Source: an uncultured delta proteobacterium
Lineage (GTDB): Bacteria; Desulfobacterota; Desulfomonilia; UBA1062
Length of the DNA: 64,000 nt
Assembly (NCBI GenBank): GCA_963752595.1
Contig: CAVVYZ010000009.1
Location: 300,038 to 364,037, forward strand
Direction of reading: 5' to 3'
A model generated the notes under the pieces. It saw nothing but the letters and a program-made list of their open reading frames with translations, ran no database searches and was not told the origin of the DNA. This document shows positions 22,148 through 33,663 of this stretch, one piece after another (the stretch's first letter is position 1; every line of letters begins with the position of its first letter). The position numbers and the translations under genes were made by a program.

Positions 22148-24658
22148 ATGGGACAGGGCAATGATGGAAAGAAGAACCGGAACAAAGACAAGCTCCCCTC
22201 CAGCACTGAGGAAATGATCTCCCGGTATGATAAAAACAGAGAGAACTCTCCTGAGAAGGTAAAAGAACTCATCCACGAACTGTCGATCCATCAGGCAGAG
22301 CTTGAGATCCGGAACGAGGAACTCAAGCTCGCACAAGCAGAGCTGGAAGGTTCCCGGAACAGATACTTTGACCTGTATTACAGCGCTCCCATCGCATACC
22401 TCACCATTACCAACGCCGGCCTCATTGCAGAGATAAACTTGCGGGGCTGCGAAATGCTGGGGATGGAGAGACACCTCATCCTGAAAAGGCCTTTTGGACG
22501 GTTCGTTCTAAAGGAAGACAAACCCGTCTACTCAAAGCATCTCGAACGCATGGAGCATGGAAGGACTGCAGGCACATGCGAGCTGAGACTGGCGCCCATA
22601 GGCAGCGGAATACTGAATGTTTACATGGAGAGCATCCCGCATGAGGATGAAACCGGAACGATAATAGAGTTCGGGGCCGCACTGCTCGACATCACCGAAC
22701 TGAAGGTTACGGAACAGAAGCGGCTCGAAGCAGAGCAGCGCTTCAGGATCCTGGCTGAGAATGCACCTGACTTCATCGCCTATTTCGACACAGGGCTGCG
22801 GTATCTCTATATAAACCCGCTCCTGGAAACCCTGACGGGAAAGGACAAATCCGAGTTCATCGGCAAGACCATGAAAGAGACAGATGTACCGGAAGGCTTC
22901 CGCACGATTCTGGAAGGGGCATTGAGGACCGTACTCCTCAAGGGCAAGGGGGTCGGTGTCGAATTCTCGGTCCCGTCGGCACGGGGGGTAAGGATATACC
23001 ATTCGCGGGTTTTCCCCGCTTTTTCCAAAGACGGCCATATCGAGATCCTGATGGCCATCGGCAACGACATCACCGAGCAGAAAAGGATGGAAGAGAACCT
23101 GAAGAAGTCCAACGAGGACCTGGAAACCAGCGTCCGTATCCGCACCGCCGAATTGACGCTGATCAATGAGAAGCTCAAGGAGGAGATAGCCGACCGGGAA
23201 AAGGCCGAATCAGAGCTCCGCAAGCAGAGTGAGATACTGCAGACCATCATCGACAATATGCCCGCAATGCTCTGCCTCGACGACAGGAACGGCCATACCA
23301 AGATGATCAATATGCCCTTCGAAAACCTGACGGGGTGGACCATGGAAGATGCCCGGAAAGATGATTTCCTTATTCGGGTATACCCGGAAGCAGATCGCCT
23401 GCAAGAGGCATCGGAACATTGGGACAAGGAAGGGCCGCAGTGGATCGATCTCCCGATGAGAACCAGGGACGGCCGTGACCTGCCGGGTTCATGGTCGAGG
23501 GTGAAGCTCTCGACCGGTGATCAGATTTACATCGGGATCGACCTGACGGACCGCATCAAGGAAGAGCAGGAACGTATACGCCTTGCCGCTGCCATTGAGC
23601 AATCACCGGTAGGCCTTGCCATTGCAGACTCCGAAGGAAGGATCCAGTTTGTGAATCCTTCCTTCGAAGCCTTCAACGACTGCAGGAGGAGCGAAGCGCT
23701 GGGCAAAAAAGTCTCTGCCGTCCTGACAGAAGGGCAGCACCAGGAGTGGGTGAAAAAGGAAATCGAGGATGCTTTCGCCTCGAAAGGGGAGAGGAGAGGC
23801 ACGCTGGAACGCAGGAACAAGACGGCAAAACTCGAGCTTACCGTAACAATAGCACCGTTCAGAGACCCTTTGGGGAATATTATCAGCTATCTTATATTCG
23901 AAAAAAATGTTACCCGCGAGCGGGAGCTTGAACGCCACCTCGCAAAAAACCAGAGGATGGAGCTCATCGGGACCTTTGCCGGAGGCATTGTCCACGATCT
24001 CAACAATATCCTCAATCCTGTTATCATGAATGCAGAAGCGCTCCTGGAAGAGATCCCTCCCGAAAGCCCTGTCAGACCCGAGGCTGAAATGATCCTCGAA
24101 GCAGGGATGCGGGGCAAGGACCTTGTGCGGCAGATCCTCACCTTTACTACCGGAAAAAGAGAAGAGCGCACGCTTCTGAAAATATCATCCCTCGTGAGGG
24201 AATCGCTCAAGCTCATCCGGGCCATGCTTCCCGCCACCATCGAGATCCGTTCGGGAATACCCGGAGAAACCGGGTCCGTCATGGCAGAGCCCACACAGAT
24301 ACGGCAGGTGGTGATGAACCTCATCAGCAACGCAGCCCATGCCATAGGAGACCGGGTAGGGGTGATCGAGGTGAAGATGGACAGCATAACCGTGGATACT
24401 GCTGTGGAAAAGGAATATCCCGGCATAAGACCGGGAAGTTATACAAGACTCGCGGTGAAAGACACGGGACAAGGCATATCCAAAGATGACCTGAACCGTA
24501 TCTTCGAGCCCTTTTTCACCACCAAAAAGCCGGGCGAAGGCACCGGCCTCGGGCTTTCCGTTGCCCGCCGGATCATCAAAGGTCATGGCGGCATCATCAC
24601 AGCTTCCAGCCGGCCGGGAAAGGGAAGCACATTCCAGGTTCTCCTGCCCGAAGCATAA
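22148..24658 (+). CDS. Multi-PAS histidine kinase
   Basis: ELSIHQAELEIRNEEL coiled coil, four PAS-like repeats, AGGIVHDLNNIL, QVVMNLISNA, DTGQG, EPFFTTK, GTGLGL. Confidence 0.92.
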   Translation: MGQGNDGKKNRNKDKLPSSTEEMISRYDKNRENSPEKVKELIHELSIHQAELEIRNEELKLAQAELEGSRNRYFDLYYSAPIAYLTITNAGLIAEINLRGCEMLGMERHLILKRPFGRFVLKEDKPVYSKHLERMEHGRTAGTCELRLAPIGSGILNVYMESIPHEDETGTIIEFGAALLDITELKVTEQKRLEAEQRFRILAENAPDFIAYFDTGLRYLYINPLLETLTGKDKSEFIGKTMKETDVPEGFRTILEGALRTVLLKGKGVGVEFSVPSARGVRIYHSRVFPAFSKDGHIEILMAIGNDITEQKRMEENLKKSNEDLETSVRIRTAELTLINEKLKEEIADREKAESELRKQSEILQTIIDNMPAMLCLDDRNGHTKMINMPFENLTGWTMEDARKDDFLIRVYPEADRLQEASEHWDKEGPQWIDLPMRTRDGRDLPGSWSRVKLSTGDQIYIGIDLTDRIKEEQERIRLAAAIEQSPVGLAIADSEGRIQFVNPSFEAFNDCRRSEALGKKVSAVLTEGQHQEWVKKEIEDAFASKGERRGTLERRNKTAKLELTVTIAPFRDPLGNIISYLIFEKNVTRERELERHLAKNQRMELIGTFAGGIVHDLNNILNPVIMNAEALLEEIPPESPVRPEAEMILEAGMRGKDLVRQILTFTTGKREERTLLKISSLVRESLKLIRAMLPATIEIRSGIPGETGSVMAEPTQIRQVVMNLISNAAHAIGDRVGVIEVKMDSITVDTAVEKEYPGIRPGSYTRLAVKDTGQGISKDDLNRIFEPFFTTKKPGEGTGLGLSVARRIIKGHGGIITASSRPGKGSTFQVLLPEA

Positions 24659-24758
24659 GACACGGGGCAGCCCCTTGATCCGCTGTACTGGACACATCCT
24701 GCCGTCTATGGTATTCACCCGCTTGAAATCTTCAAATACCTAACAAAAGAGAGAAGAG

Positions 24759-25748
24759 ATGACGGCAACCATACTGATGACCGCACTGAGCCTCGGCATA
24801 ATCCTCCTTTCCTGCTACGTATTCGTCAATGCCGTGGAGCAGGCAGGCGATAAGCTTAACCTTCACCAGGGAATCATCGGGAGCATCCTCGCCGCAGTAG
24901 GCACGGCGCTGCCCGAAACCATCATCCCGATCATGGCCATTCTCATATCAAGCTCGCCGAACGCCCATGAAATAGGCATAGGCGCAATCGCCGGAGCGCC
25001 TTTCATGCTGGGGACCCTGGCCTTCTTCGTCACAGGGGCGGCCGTCATCGTCTATACCGCGCTGGGCAAAAGGACATTGACGATGAATGTAGACATCCCC
25101 CATCTGCGCAAGGACCTCACCTTTTTCGTGCTCATCTACGGCTTGGCCGTCCTCACTACTTTCATCCACCACCACACCCTGCGGATCGTCATCGCGGCGG
25201 CACTTATGCTCTCGTATATCCTGTATCTGAAAATGATCATCTCCTCCGAGTGCAGCTCGAACGATTTCGTTGAAGAGCTCTACCTTTCACGTTTTCTCAG
25301 GCTCCCCGATAACCTCGCCTCCATCGCTGTGCAGATCCTGCTGGGGCTCGTGCTCATCATCTTAGGCTCCCACCTGTTCATCGGCTATGTGGAGGAACTT
25401 TCGATAACTTTTGGTGTGGCCCCGCTCATCCTGTCCATCATCATCACGCCCATTGCCACTGAGCTGCCGGAGAAGATGAACTCCATCATCTGGGTCGGAA
25501 AGAAAAAAGATACGCTGGCGCTCGGGAACATAACCGGCGCGATGGTCTTCCAGAGCTGCTTCCCGGTCGTCTTCGGCATCCTTTTCACGCCCTGGAATCT
25601 CACCGGAACCACCATGCTCTCCGCAGGACTCGCCTTCTGCTCCTCGCTCCTGGTCCTCGCCTGGATCACAATCTTCAAAAAAATCAACCCCTTTACACTG
25701 CTCGTAGGAGGATTCCTCTACGTATCATTCCTCGTATACGTATTCTGA
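24759..25748 (+). CDS. Sodium/calcium exchanger family antiporter
   Basis: About 10 TM helices, alpha repeats AVGTALPE and PIATELPE, ALGNITGA. Confidence 0.88.
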   Translation: MTATILMTALSLGIILLSCYVFVNAVEQAGDKLNLHQGIIGSILAAVGTALPETIIPIMAILISSSPNAHEIGIGAIAGAPFMLGTLAFFVTGAAVIVYTALGKRTLTMNVDIPHLRKDLTFFVLIYGLAVLTTFIHHHTLRIVIAAALMLSYILYLKMIISSECSSNDFVEELYLSRFLRLPDNLASIAVQILLGLVLIILGSHLFIGYVEELSITFGVAPLILSIIITPIATELPEKMNSIIWVGKKKDTLALGNITGAMVFQSCFPVVFGILFTPWNLTGTTMLSAGLAFCSSLLVLAWITIFKKINPFTLLVGGFLYVSFLVYVF

Positions 25749-25903
25749 GCACCGAATCCTTCACAGACACAAGGGAGTAGTATAAGCATTTTAGAGTGAG
25801 TCGAGCTCCCAACGGAAAGCCGGTAGACAAAGAGATCGAGCACTGGCATCCCTTCTCCTGCAAGGCTGAAACGCTTGGTGGGAGGTGAGGAAAGTCTTTA
25901 TTT

Positions 25904-28290
25904 TCAGCCTTTCAGTGCCCGGTTGATTGCTTCGTCCAGGTCCTTGGTTGTGGCTGGTTTCATGAGGAGCTCTTTTATGCCCATATTTTTTGCTTCCTGA
26001 TCGGAGATCACCTCGCTGAAGCCCGTGCACAGGATGACCGGCACGTCCGGGCGGATGCGCATCGCTTCTTCCGAGAGCTCCACGCCGGTCAGGCGGGGCA
26101 TGGTCTGGTCGGTAATGATGAGGTCGAAATCCTGGGGATTCTTCCGGAAGAGGTCCAGGGCCGCCTCGGAATCCTTTTCCGCCGCCACGGTGTATCCCAT
26201 CCGCTCCAGTGCGCGCTGGACGCTGTTGAGGACGATGCTCTCGTCATCGACCAGGAGAATCTGCTTCTTTTCATGGGACTTATTCCCGATACTTAAAGGC
26301 TCATTTTTCTGCAGATACTCCCTGTCGAGAAGCGGCAGATAGACGATAAACCGGGAACCCTTGCCCGGCTTGCTCTCCACCGTGATCGCCCCCCGATGGC
26401 TCTTCACGATACCGTGAACCACTGCGAGCCCCATGCCGCTGCCCTTGTTAACGTCCTTTGTCGTGTAAAAAGGCTCGAATATATGGTCCATGACGTCATG
26501 GCTCATGCCTTTGCCCGTGTCGCTACACCGTGAGCTTCAGGTAGCGGCCCGGCTTTATGTCCGAGTGCATATGGTCCGGCTCCATGAGGGTGTCGCTCAG
26601 CTCGATCTCAATGGTGCCGGTCTGGGATGAAGTGCGTCTGCAGCATTGCTGCACAGGTTCATGATCATCTGATGGACCTGGGTCGGGTCGCCCAGGATCA
26701 TGTCGATCCGAAGCATTGATCTTCTGCTTGATCTCTATGGTGCTCGGCAGCGATGCCCGCAGAAATTTCAGCGATTCTTTTATCAGCGGCCCGACCTTGA
26801 TGGGCTTGAGCTTCTGCTCGCTCCTGCCTGCTGAATGCGAGGATCTGCCTCACCAGGTCCCTCTGACGGTATGCTGCCGTGAGTATCTGACGCAGGGGCT
26901 GGTGCGTGGCCGTACCAGGGCCTTCTTCATCCAGGAGCATCTCCGTGTTGATGATGATGGGATAGAGGATATTGTTCAGGTCGTGGGCTATACCGCCGGC
27001 AAGCCTTCCGAGGGCCTCCATCTTCTGCATCTGGCGGAGATGCTGCTCCATTTTGATCTCGTTCGTGACATCATGCTCGATCACGACGTAGTTGAGAGTC
27101 CGGCCCTGTTCATTATGTACGACGGATACGGTTGCCTCTATTTCACACATGGTACCGTCCTTCCTTTTGTCGGCAATATGGCCCTTCCACAGTCCCTCCT
27201 GATCGAGCACATCATGCACCTGCCGGGACGTCTCGCTCCCTCCCTGCAGAAGCGCCATGGGTTTGCCGATCATTTCATCGTGGCTGTAGCCGCTGATCCG
27301 CTCGCTTGCAGTATTCACATACTCGATAACGCCTTTTGCATCGGTCACGATAATCCCGTCGCCGGCCTGGCCGACGGCCTTTTCGAGCATGAGCCGTTCT
27401 TTTTCCAGGAGCTTGCGTTCCGTCCTGTCTATCAGGGTCAGGATCACCCCCTGGACATGGCCGTCCGCGCTCTTGACAGGCTGGAGATTCCAGTCTGCAT
27501 ACATCTCGTTTCTGATGCTGTTCACACAGTCGAAGTACTTGTCCTCAGCACTGAAAGGCTCACCCTTCTCAACCACCTGATGGAAGACTGCCCTTTCATC
27601 TTCCCGTGCATAGAGGTCGAAGAAGTTCTTGCCTTTGAAATATTCAACGGCCATGCCGCAGACATCGGCAAAGGATTGGTTCACACGGACGAAATTCATG
27701 TCGCGGTCGAGATATGCAACAAGGATATGCGTATTGCTGAAAATTCTCTCAAGGAGCGAATTTGTCTTTTCCAGGTCATCCCGGCTCTTCTTTTCCGAGG
27801 TGATATCGGTAACCACACCGCAGAATACAGTAGCCTGGTCCATTTCAAGCGGCGAGAAGGACACGTATGCATACATCGCCCCGCCGTCCGGCTTCTCGAA
27901 GACGACTTCCTTTCTCCTGGACTTCCTATCCCCGTTCGAAACCATCTTTTCGATAACCGTGCGTGACTGGGGCCGGAGGTATTTGTACAGGGATGACCCC
28001 ATGAGCTTCGAGAGCGGAACGCCCAGCATCTTCGCAAGCTGCTTGTTGCTGTAGAGGATGAGGCCTTCATTGCTTATGGTTACCGTGCCTTCGCACATCT
28101 CTTCGATGATGATGCGGTAAGGGCGGTCTGCTTCTTTGAGGGTAAAAACCTGCTCGCCGGAAGGGCCTGACACCACGAGGGCATCGACCTCACCACTCCG
28201 GATTGCATCCAGGTTTGCCTGTGCTTCCTGAAATTGATCCCGTAAGGTTTCTATCTTGCTGATTAATTCTGCCTTTGTCTTGTCTTTCAT
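25904..28290 (-). CDS. Hybrid PAS histidine kinase with C-terminal receiver (frameshifts 26520-26830), downstream of kaiB
   Basis: LDAIRSGEVDALVV N-terminus, three PAS, AGGIAHDLNNIL, EPFYTTK, GSGMGL, REC LVDDE...ITDQTMP...LMKP. Confidence 0.9.
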
Positions 28291-28349
28291 TGTTCCCTTC
28301 TCATGATGCATGAATCTATATCGTCACATCCTTTTCCTCCCCAGGGGCG

Positions 28350-28691
28350 TCAGCCTTTGGGCACGATGTTCAAACCAAGGAGGACCTGGTCAATATCCGA
28401 GAGGTCTCCGATGATCTTTTTCAGCGGAGCGGGAAGCTTTTTGACGAGCGTCGGGGCGGCTATGATATTTTCTTCCATGGCCAGACCCGGCTGCTGATAC
28501 ACGTCAATGACCTCCAGCTCGTATCTTCCTTCGAGGTGCTCTTCGCAGATCTTTTTGATATTCTTAATGGCCCGCTGGGACCTTGGGGTTGATCCGGTGA
28601 CATACAAGCGCAGTACATATTTAGTATCGGGAGCTCCCCTCAGGGCCTCTTCGAATGCATCGACCTTATCGCCTTCATGCTTCTTCTTCAC
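28350..28691 (-). CDS. kaiB: Circadian clock KaiB family protein
   Basis: [44 protein letters not shown]. Confidence 0.95.
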   Translation of the reverse strand: MKKKHEGDKVDAFEEALRGAPDTKYVLRLYVTGSTPRSQRAIKNIKKICEEHLEGRYELEVIDVYQQPGLAMEENIIAAPTLVKKLPAPLKKIIGDLSDIDQVLLGLNIVPKG

Positions 28692-28737
28692 GACTTTCTC
28701 CTACACCTCCCATAGCGGAGAACCACTTTGTTTATGC

Positions 28738-29030
28738 TTATGCCGGCCGCAAATCAAGGCCCACCAGAACCCGCTCCGTGTTGGAAAGGTCTCCGATAAT
28801 CTTTTTTATAGGTTCCGGAAGCTTCCTCACGAGGGTGGGGAGGGCAAGGATCTGATCTCCCTTGGCCAGCTGGGGGTTCTCCAGCAGATCGATCACCTCG
28901 ATGCGGTACTGCCCCGCCAGGTATTCTTCACATATCTTTTTGAGGTTCGCGAAGGCCGTCATCGACTTCTGAGTCTGCCCGGCGACATATAACCTCAGCT
29001 CCATACTCCGTCCTGATTTTCCGTGTCCAT
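28738..29030 (-). CDS. kaiB: Circadian clock KaiB family protein (probable 1-nt frameshift near the 5' end)
   Basis: [46 protein letters not shown]; GGGAGG RBS before ATG at 29030 gives [16 protein letters not shown] with one base missing. Confidence 0.93.
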
Positions 29031-29151
29031 AATGCCTCCCATGCGCACAAGTCATTACTCCCCAAGAGACGAGACACTCATGATTGCACTATCTCTTTTC
29101 ATCCCCTTGTAACCGCCTCTCGTACTGCCCTTATAAGGCGCCGTCCTTCCT

Positions 29152-30867
29152 TCATTTTTCTCCCGGCTCATCTGCCTTGCGGCTCAAGGCCATTTCTTTC
29201 CTGTGCTGGGCAATGGATGTAGGGCGATATTCCTCTTGTCGATCTCGTTGGCGAGATCGTTCTTTTCATACTCAAAGTCCGTGCGGACCTGCGCAATCTG
29301 AGCATCCATCATGCTGCGCCGTTTTTCCATATTCAACTCGAGCCGTTCTGATTTCCCTTCGGAGCGCTTCCTCCCGATCCCTTTCCTTCGCCTCCTGGGC
29401 GAGCCTGGCCGAGCCGGTGAGCACGCCTCCGGCCCGACATAAACATCGAGGATATCCACCCCGGTATTGGTGAATATGTATTCCCGGATCTGGTTCGAGT
29501 GTGCCATGCCGCGGGACTTCAGGATGTACATGCCCCGGTTGCGCTCGCCGCCTATCTCGATGGTCTTCAGGAGCAGCCACGTATCGGCCAGGGAGGAAAT
29601 TCCCACATCGGTTGATTCCCCCCTCCCTCACCCGAGGTAAGGGATGTGAGCAGAGTGGTGACCCCTTTTTCTTCAGATAGTCGATCAGCCGCTGGATCAT
29701 GGACCTGACCTCTTTGAATGACCCGACATCGGGAAGATTGCTGAACGGGTCTATCGCTACGACCGACGGGTTGAACTCGTCGACCACCCTCATCATCTTC
29801 ATGAGATGATGCTCCAGCCCGTACATCGTGGGCCTCTCGGCGACGAACCTCAAGAGCTCGGCATCCTTCCACTGCCTTAAGTCAAGGCCGATGGAGGACA
29901 TGTTCCGCATGATCTGCTCCGGGACTCCTCGAAGGCAAAAAAGACGGCGCGCTCACCGCGCCGACACGCAGCGTCTATGAATGTCGATGCTATGCTCGAC
30001 TTGCCGGTGCCTGCAGTGCCTGTGACGAGGATAAGGCTGCCCCGGTAGTATCCGAAGCCGCCGAGCATGGCATCCAGCCGGTAGATGCCCGAGGAGATCC
30101 TCTCGTTGCCTGCCTTATACACCAGGCCCATGGTGGTGATGGGAAGCACCACGAAGCCCGGTATCGCTTATCAGGAAGGGGTATTCGTTCGTCCCGTGCT
30201 CCGACCCCCGGTATTTGACGACGCGCAGCCGCCTGGTCGAAACCTCTTCAGTTACGCGGTGATCGAGCAGGACGACGCAGTCGGAAACATACTCTTCAAG
30301 GCCTTCCCGCGTAAGGGAGTCTTTCCCGCGCTCTCCGGTGATGATCGTGGTCATCCCCTTGTCTTTGAGCCATCGGAAGAGCCTGCGGAGCTCTGCCCGG
30401 AGAATCGCCGTGTTGGGCAGACCGGCAAAGAGCGATTCGATCGTATCCAGCACCACCCGTTTCGCACCCACGGAATCGATGGCGTACTGGAGACGGATGA
30501 ACAGGCCCTCGAGATCGTATTCACCGGTTTCTTCGATCTCGGAGCGCTCGACCCGGACAAAATCCATGAAGAGGAGGTTTCCGCTGCAGAGCTTCGCTAC
30601 GTCAAAGCCCAGCGATGCGCCGTTTGAGACCATCTCATCCGTGCTTTCTTCAAAGGAAACGAATACGCCCGGCTCGCCGTACATCTCTGCGCCCCGGACC
30701 AGGAATTCCAGGCCGAGCATGGTTTTGCCGGTACCGGGATTCCCGGTTACGAGTGTGGTTCTGCCCTTGGGCAACCCTCCGTTGGTAACACTGTCAAACC
30801 CCTGGATGCCGGTGGGTACCTTTTCCACCTTTGTCGCATGAACCTCATTGCTTTGGCTGCACTTCAT
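29152..30867 (-). CDS. kaiC: Circadian clock protein KaiC, double-domain (several frameshifts)
   Basis: CI: PTGIQGFD, GNPGTGKT, SFEES, EEYVSD, KYRGS. CII: SSGIYRLD, GTAGTGKS, AFEES, GISSLADTW, KSRG. Charged C-terminal tail. Confidence 0.95.
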
Positions 30868-31333
30868 CTGCGGCTTCCTTTCAATATGGCAGGTAGGTTT
30901 GTTCATAGGTGCAATAGAATTAATATTTGTAACCGATAGTGCATAACACAACCCTGATCCTAGATGCAAACAATAATATAATTTACCAATATCTGCATCA
31001 GGTAATCCTATCTTGCAAAGAGTTAGATGATTATGACAGCATAAAGATGCACGGTAACGGGAAACATCGTGAAGCGTCTCTTGATTTATCTTTCAGGGGT
31101 TCTGCAGGCCCAGCGGCCGTATTCAAAATATCAGTTTACCCCGGGACATGAAAGCGGGATAATATGGTAACCGGCCCGGATAAAAAACGTCCGGAGCTGA
31201 AAAGGTACCGGATTGAACGATATTTTTCATTCTTCCATGAAATTTGACAGATCTTTCAATGCCGATTGGTGAAGCGGGATTATGACTTTTCATTCCCTAC
31301 ATGATATAAGGCCGATACCCTTGTTGGTTGAAA

Positions 31334-31349
31334 CGGCATGCTCTATGCT
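31334..31349 (+). promoter_or_regulatory. Possible sigma-54 -24/-12 promoter
   Basis: CGGCATGCTCTATGCT has the GG-N10-GC spacing, about 130 bp upstream of the CDS at 31476. Confidence 0.35.
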
Positions 31350-31475
31350 TACCATAGAGTATGGGGGCTTTTGCCATGGGTTTACAACGGGTGTTTCTTC
31401 GGAGGATTTCTCTTTCACGGAGCTTAACAAGCGTTTCTTGCAAAAAGAACGATGCACACAAGCGGGAGGATTGAG

Positions 31476-31931
31476 ATGCTCTACTACAATCTGATGGAAA
31501 CAGTGAGGAAGAACGAATATCTCCTTACCAGGGATCTCGTCGGCGAGATCCGGAAGACGCCCGAAGCCGCACATTATCACAACCTCATGGAAGACGCGCT
31601 ATATGAACGCATCCACCAGGTGATCTACCATGCCTACAAGCGCCATTCGGACTGGCTGGACAACGAATCTTCGAAAAATACGATTTCCGCCTACTATTCC
31701 GAACTCGGCAGGGAGAGACATGAAGAAGGGATTCCCCTTCATGAAGTGATCGTGGCCCTCTTTCTCATCAAGAAAAGGGTCTACCGGTGTATCAATGAGA
31801 GGATGGACCTGGGAAAAAACTATACCCATAAGCAGGTCACCGATCTCTTCCTGAACGTCGGCCTATTCTTCGACCGGATGGTCCGGTCGGTCATTACCGG
31901 CTATCAGGAGAGTTCCGCTTCAAGGGCTTAG
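31476..31931 (+). CDS. Stand-alone helical protein, RsbRD_N/HisK_N-like
   Basis: GGGAGG RBS; YSELGRERHEEGIPLHEVIVAL and FFDRMVRSVITGY resemble non-heme globin-like RsbR N-terminal domains. Confidence 0.6.
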   Translation: MLYYNLMETVRKNEYLLTRDLVGEIRKTPEAAHYHNLMEDALYERIHQVIYHAYKRHSDWLDNESSKNTISAYYSELGRERHEEGIPLHEVIVALFLIKKRVYRCINERMDLGKNYTHKQVTDLFLNVGLFFDRMVRSVITGYQESSASRA

Positions 31932-32017
31932 GGAGCAATGCAACAAAAAAACAGGGCATGCCTCCTGCAGCCGCTGGGAGTATGGGTATACCTTGAAGGG
32001 GCAGGAAGGTATCAGCC

Positions 32018-32212
32018 TTACTCGTAAGGATTGGCCTGCGGCCCGGGAACGATCCCCGCGATATCGGGGTCGTAATCACCGTCTTTGTCTGATTTGCCCG
32101 AGGACTTGAGTTCCTTCCGCTCGCCCTTCTTCGCTTCTTTGGCAATCTTCTTGCGGCGTTTGGATTCTTCACGTTCTTTTTTCTTGAATGTATTTGTCGA
32201 CTTCGTTGCCAT
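32018..32212 (-). CDS. Small basic hypothetical protein
   Basis: GGGAGG RBS; MATKSTNTFKKKEREESKRRKKIAKEAKK...DPDIAGIVPGPQ. Confidence 0.7.
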   Translation of the reverse strand: MATKSTNTFKKKEREESKRRKKIAKEAKKGERKELKSSGKSDKDGDYDPDIAGIVPGPQANPYE

Positions 32213-32306
32213 GAGTACCTCCCGGTACGTTATCTTCAAAACAGCTTCGGGTTCCCATCCCGGGTGAGGAATGAAAAAGAGCGGATTGTTGTTTATGCTC
32301 TCTGAA

Positions 32307-32350
32307 GAAAAAGAGCGGAGCGGAGAGGGAAAAGATCCACCCTCCGCTAC
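32307..32350 (-). terminator. Rho-independent terminator after the cold-shock gene
   Basis: Minus strand AGCGGAGGG...CCCTCTCCGCT followed by CCGCTCTTTTT. Confidence 0.5.
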
Positions 32351-32356
32351 GGATTT

Positions 32357-32557
32357 TTACGCCTTGGTGACGTTTGAAGCCTGCGGGCCTTTATCCCCTT
32401 TGACTACATCAAAGGTAACCTGATCACCCTCGTCCAGTGCGCGAAATCCCTGCTGGTTGATCGCGGTGTGGTGGACGAAGATCTCTTCACCGTTTTCGGA
32501 AGTGATGAAACCGTAACCTTTCTCTCTATTAAACCACTTTACTGTTCCTTTTGCCAT
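32357..32557 (-). CDS. Cold-shock protein (CspA family)
   Basis: [31 protein letters not shown]. Confidence 0.97.
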   Translation of the reverse strand: MAKGTVKWFNREKGYGFITSENGEEIFVHHTAINQQGFRALDEGDQVTFDVVKGDKGPQASNVTKA

Positions 32558-32952
32558 TGTTAATCCTCTTTCTTTAAGACCTCAACGGGCATACATCGAG
32601 GTTTTTGTGTTATATTTCTGAAAAAGAAGATATCCTGTTGAATTGCGAACCTTTTTTAGTTGCTTTCCTTCTTTGATCTCTCGCCGGCAGGATTCAATTC
32701 AGATATTTTCATAGTTCAGATGTTCGGTACCAGTTATCCAGAACGACCATTGCTGTCAAGAAAAATGTGGTGGATGAAAATGTCGGCGTCTATCATACTA
32801 TAATATAAGGCGCTCTCCAGTATGTTGTATCTTTACATTTTCTTTCCGTGAGGAGCACGCCTGAACGATTTATTGCATGGAGAATCATAAGTTATTGACA
32901 TGTCTACCTTCTCCGTGCCATATTCTTAGCTACTACCCACTGGGGGCATGAA

Positions 32953-33198
32953 ATGGGATTTTCAGAAGCAAAAAGAAATACAAAGCTTATCCTGATCGGG
33001 GTCGGGGTCTTATGCCTCATCATCTTCCTTTTCCAGAATTTCGAGATGACGTCTTTCCAGTTTCTCGTGTTCACCCTGTTTGTCGCTCCCAAGTGGATCG
33101 TAATAACCATGACATTCCTCCTGGGCTTCGTCTTCGGTTACATCTATGCCAAGAAAAAGACCTGGTCAGAGGTTAGGCGGGACGAACCTCTGGTATAG
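32953..33198 (+). CDS. Small two-TM membrane protein (LapA/DUF1049-like)
   Basis: IIFLFQN followed by a second TM, LLGFVFGY. Confidence 0.7.
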   Translation: MGFSEAKRNTKLILIGVGVLCLIIFLFQNFEMTSFQFLVFTLFVAPKWIVITMTFLLGFVFGYIYAKKKTWSEVRRDEPLV

Positions 33199-33493
33199 CA
33201 GCGCTTACTCCCTGCTTACTTTCTGAAAAACGTATACCCTCGGCGATGCCGCTGCTGCATACAATGCAGTGGGTCGATGCATCACCTCATCTTGAAATCG
33301 TGTATGTGAGCGGCACATAAACCAGGATAGAAGTAATCCCCCGATTCGCACGTTTCATTCAACGGCTTTTAAACATTGCTTTCAATAAATCGTTCTTTCA
33401 GGGCGACCTTCCCTTGTCATCGATCGGATGCAGTTCAGTTATAATTATGAATTCTCAATGTATTACAGTGTTTTTTTCGTTCATATCGCAGGA

Positions 33494-33510
33494 TTGGCAC
33501 AATGGTTGCG
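33494..33510 (+). promoter_or_regulatory. Sigma-54 -24/-12 promoter
   Basis: TTGGCAC-AATGG-TTGCG, near-consensus TGGCAC-N5-TTGC, preceded by an AT-rich tract. Confidence 0.7.
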
Positions 33511-33516
33511 TTATAG

Positions 33517-33663
33517 ATGGCATCAAGTAGCCGTGAAGATGGACAGTTAAATGAAGAGGAGAACCAGACAATAATCGTAGCGGTTTTCGCGGTTCTTATC
33601 ACTTCGACCTTTGCCTTTGCCTTTGCAGCGGCAGCAGCCCCCGAGACCTGGGGGCTGGGATAG
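33517..33663 (+). CDS. Small hydrophobic peptide (start uncertain: 33517, or 33551 with a frameshift)
   Basis: Open frame ...TIIVAVFAVLITSTFAFAFAAAAAPETWGLG* between the sigma-54 site and the next RBS. Confidence 0.45.
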   Translation: MASSSREDGQLNEEENQTIIVAVFAVLITSTFAFAFAAAAAPETWGLG

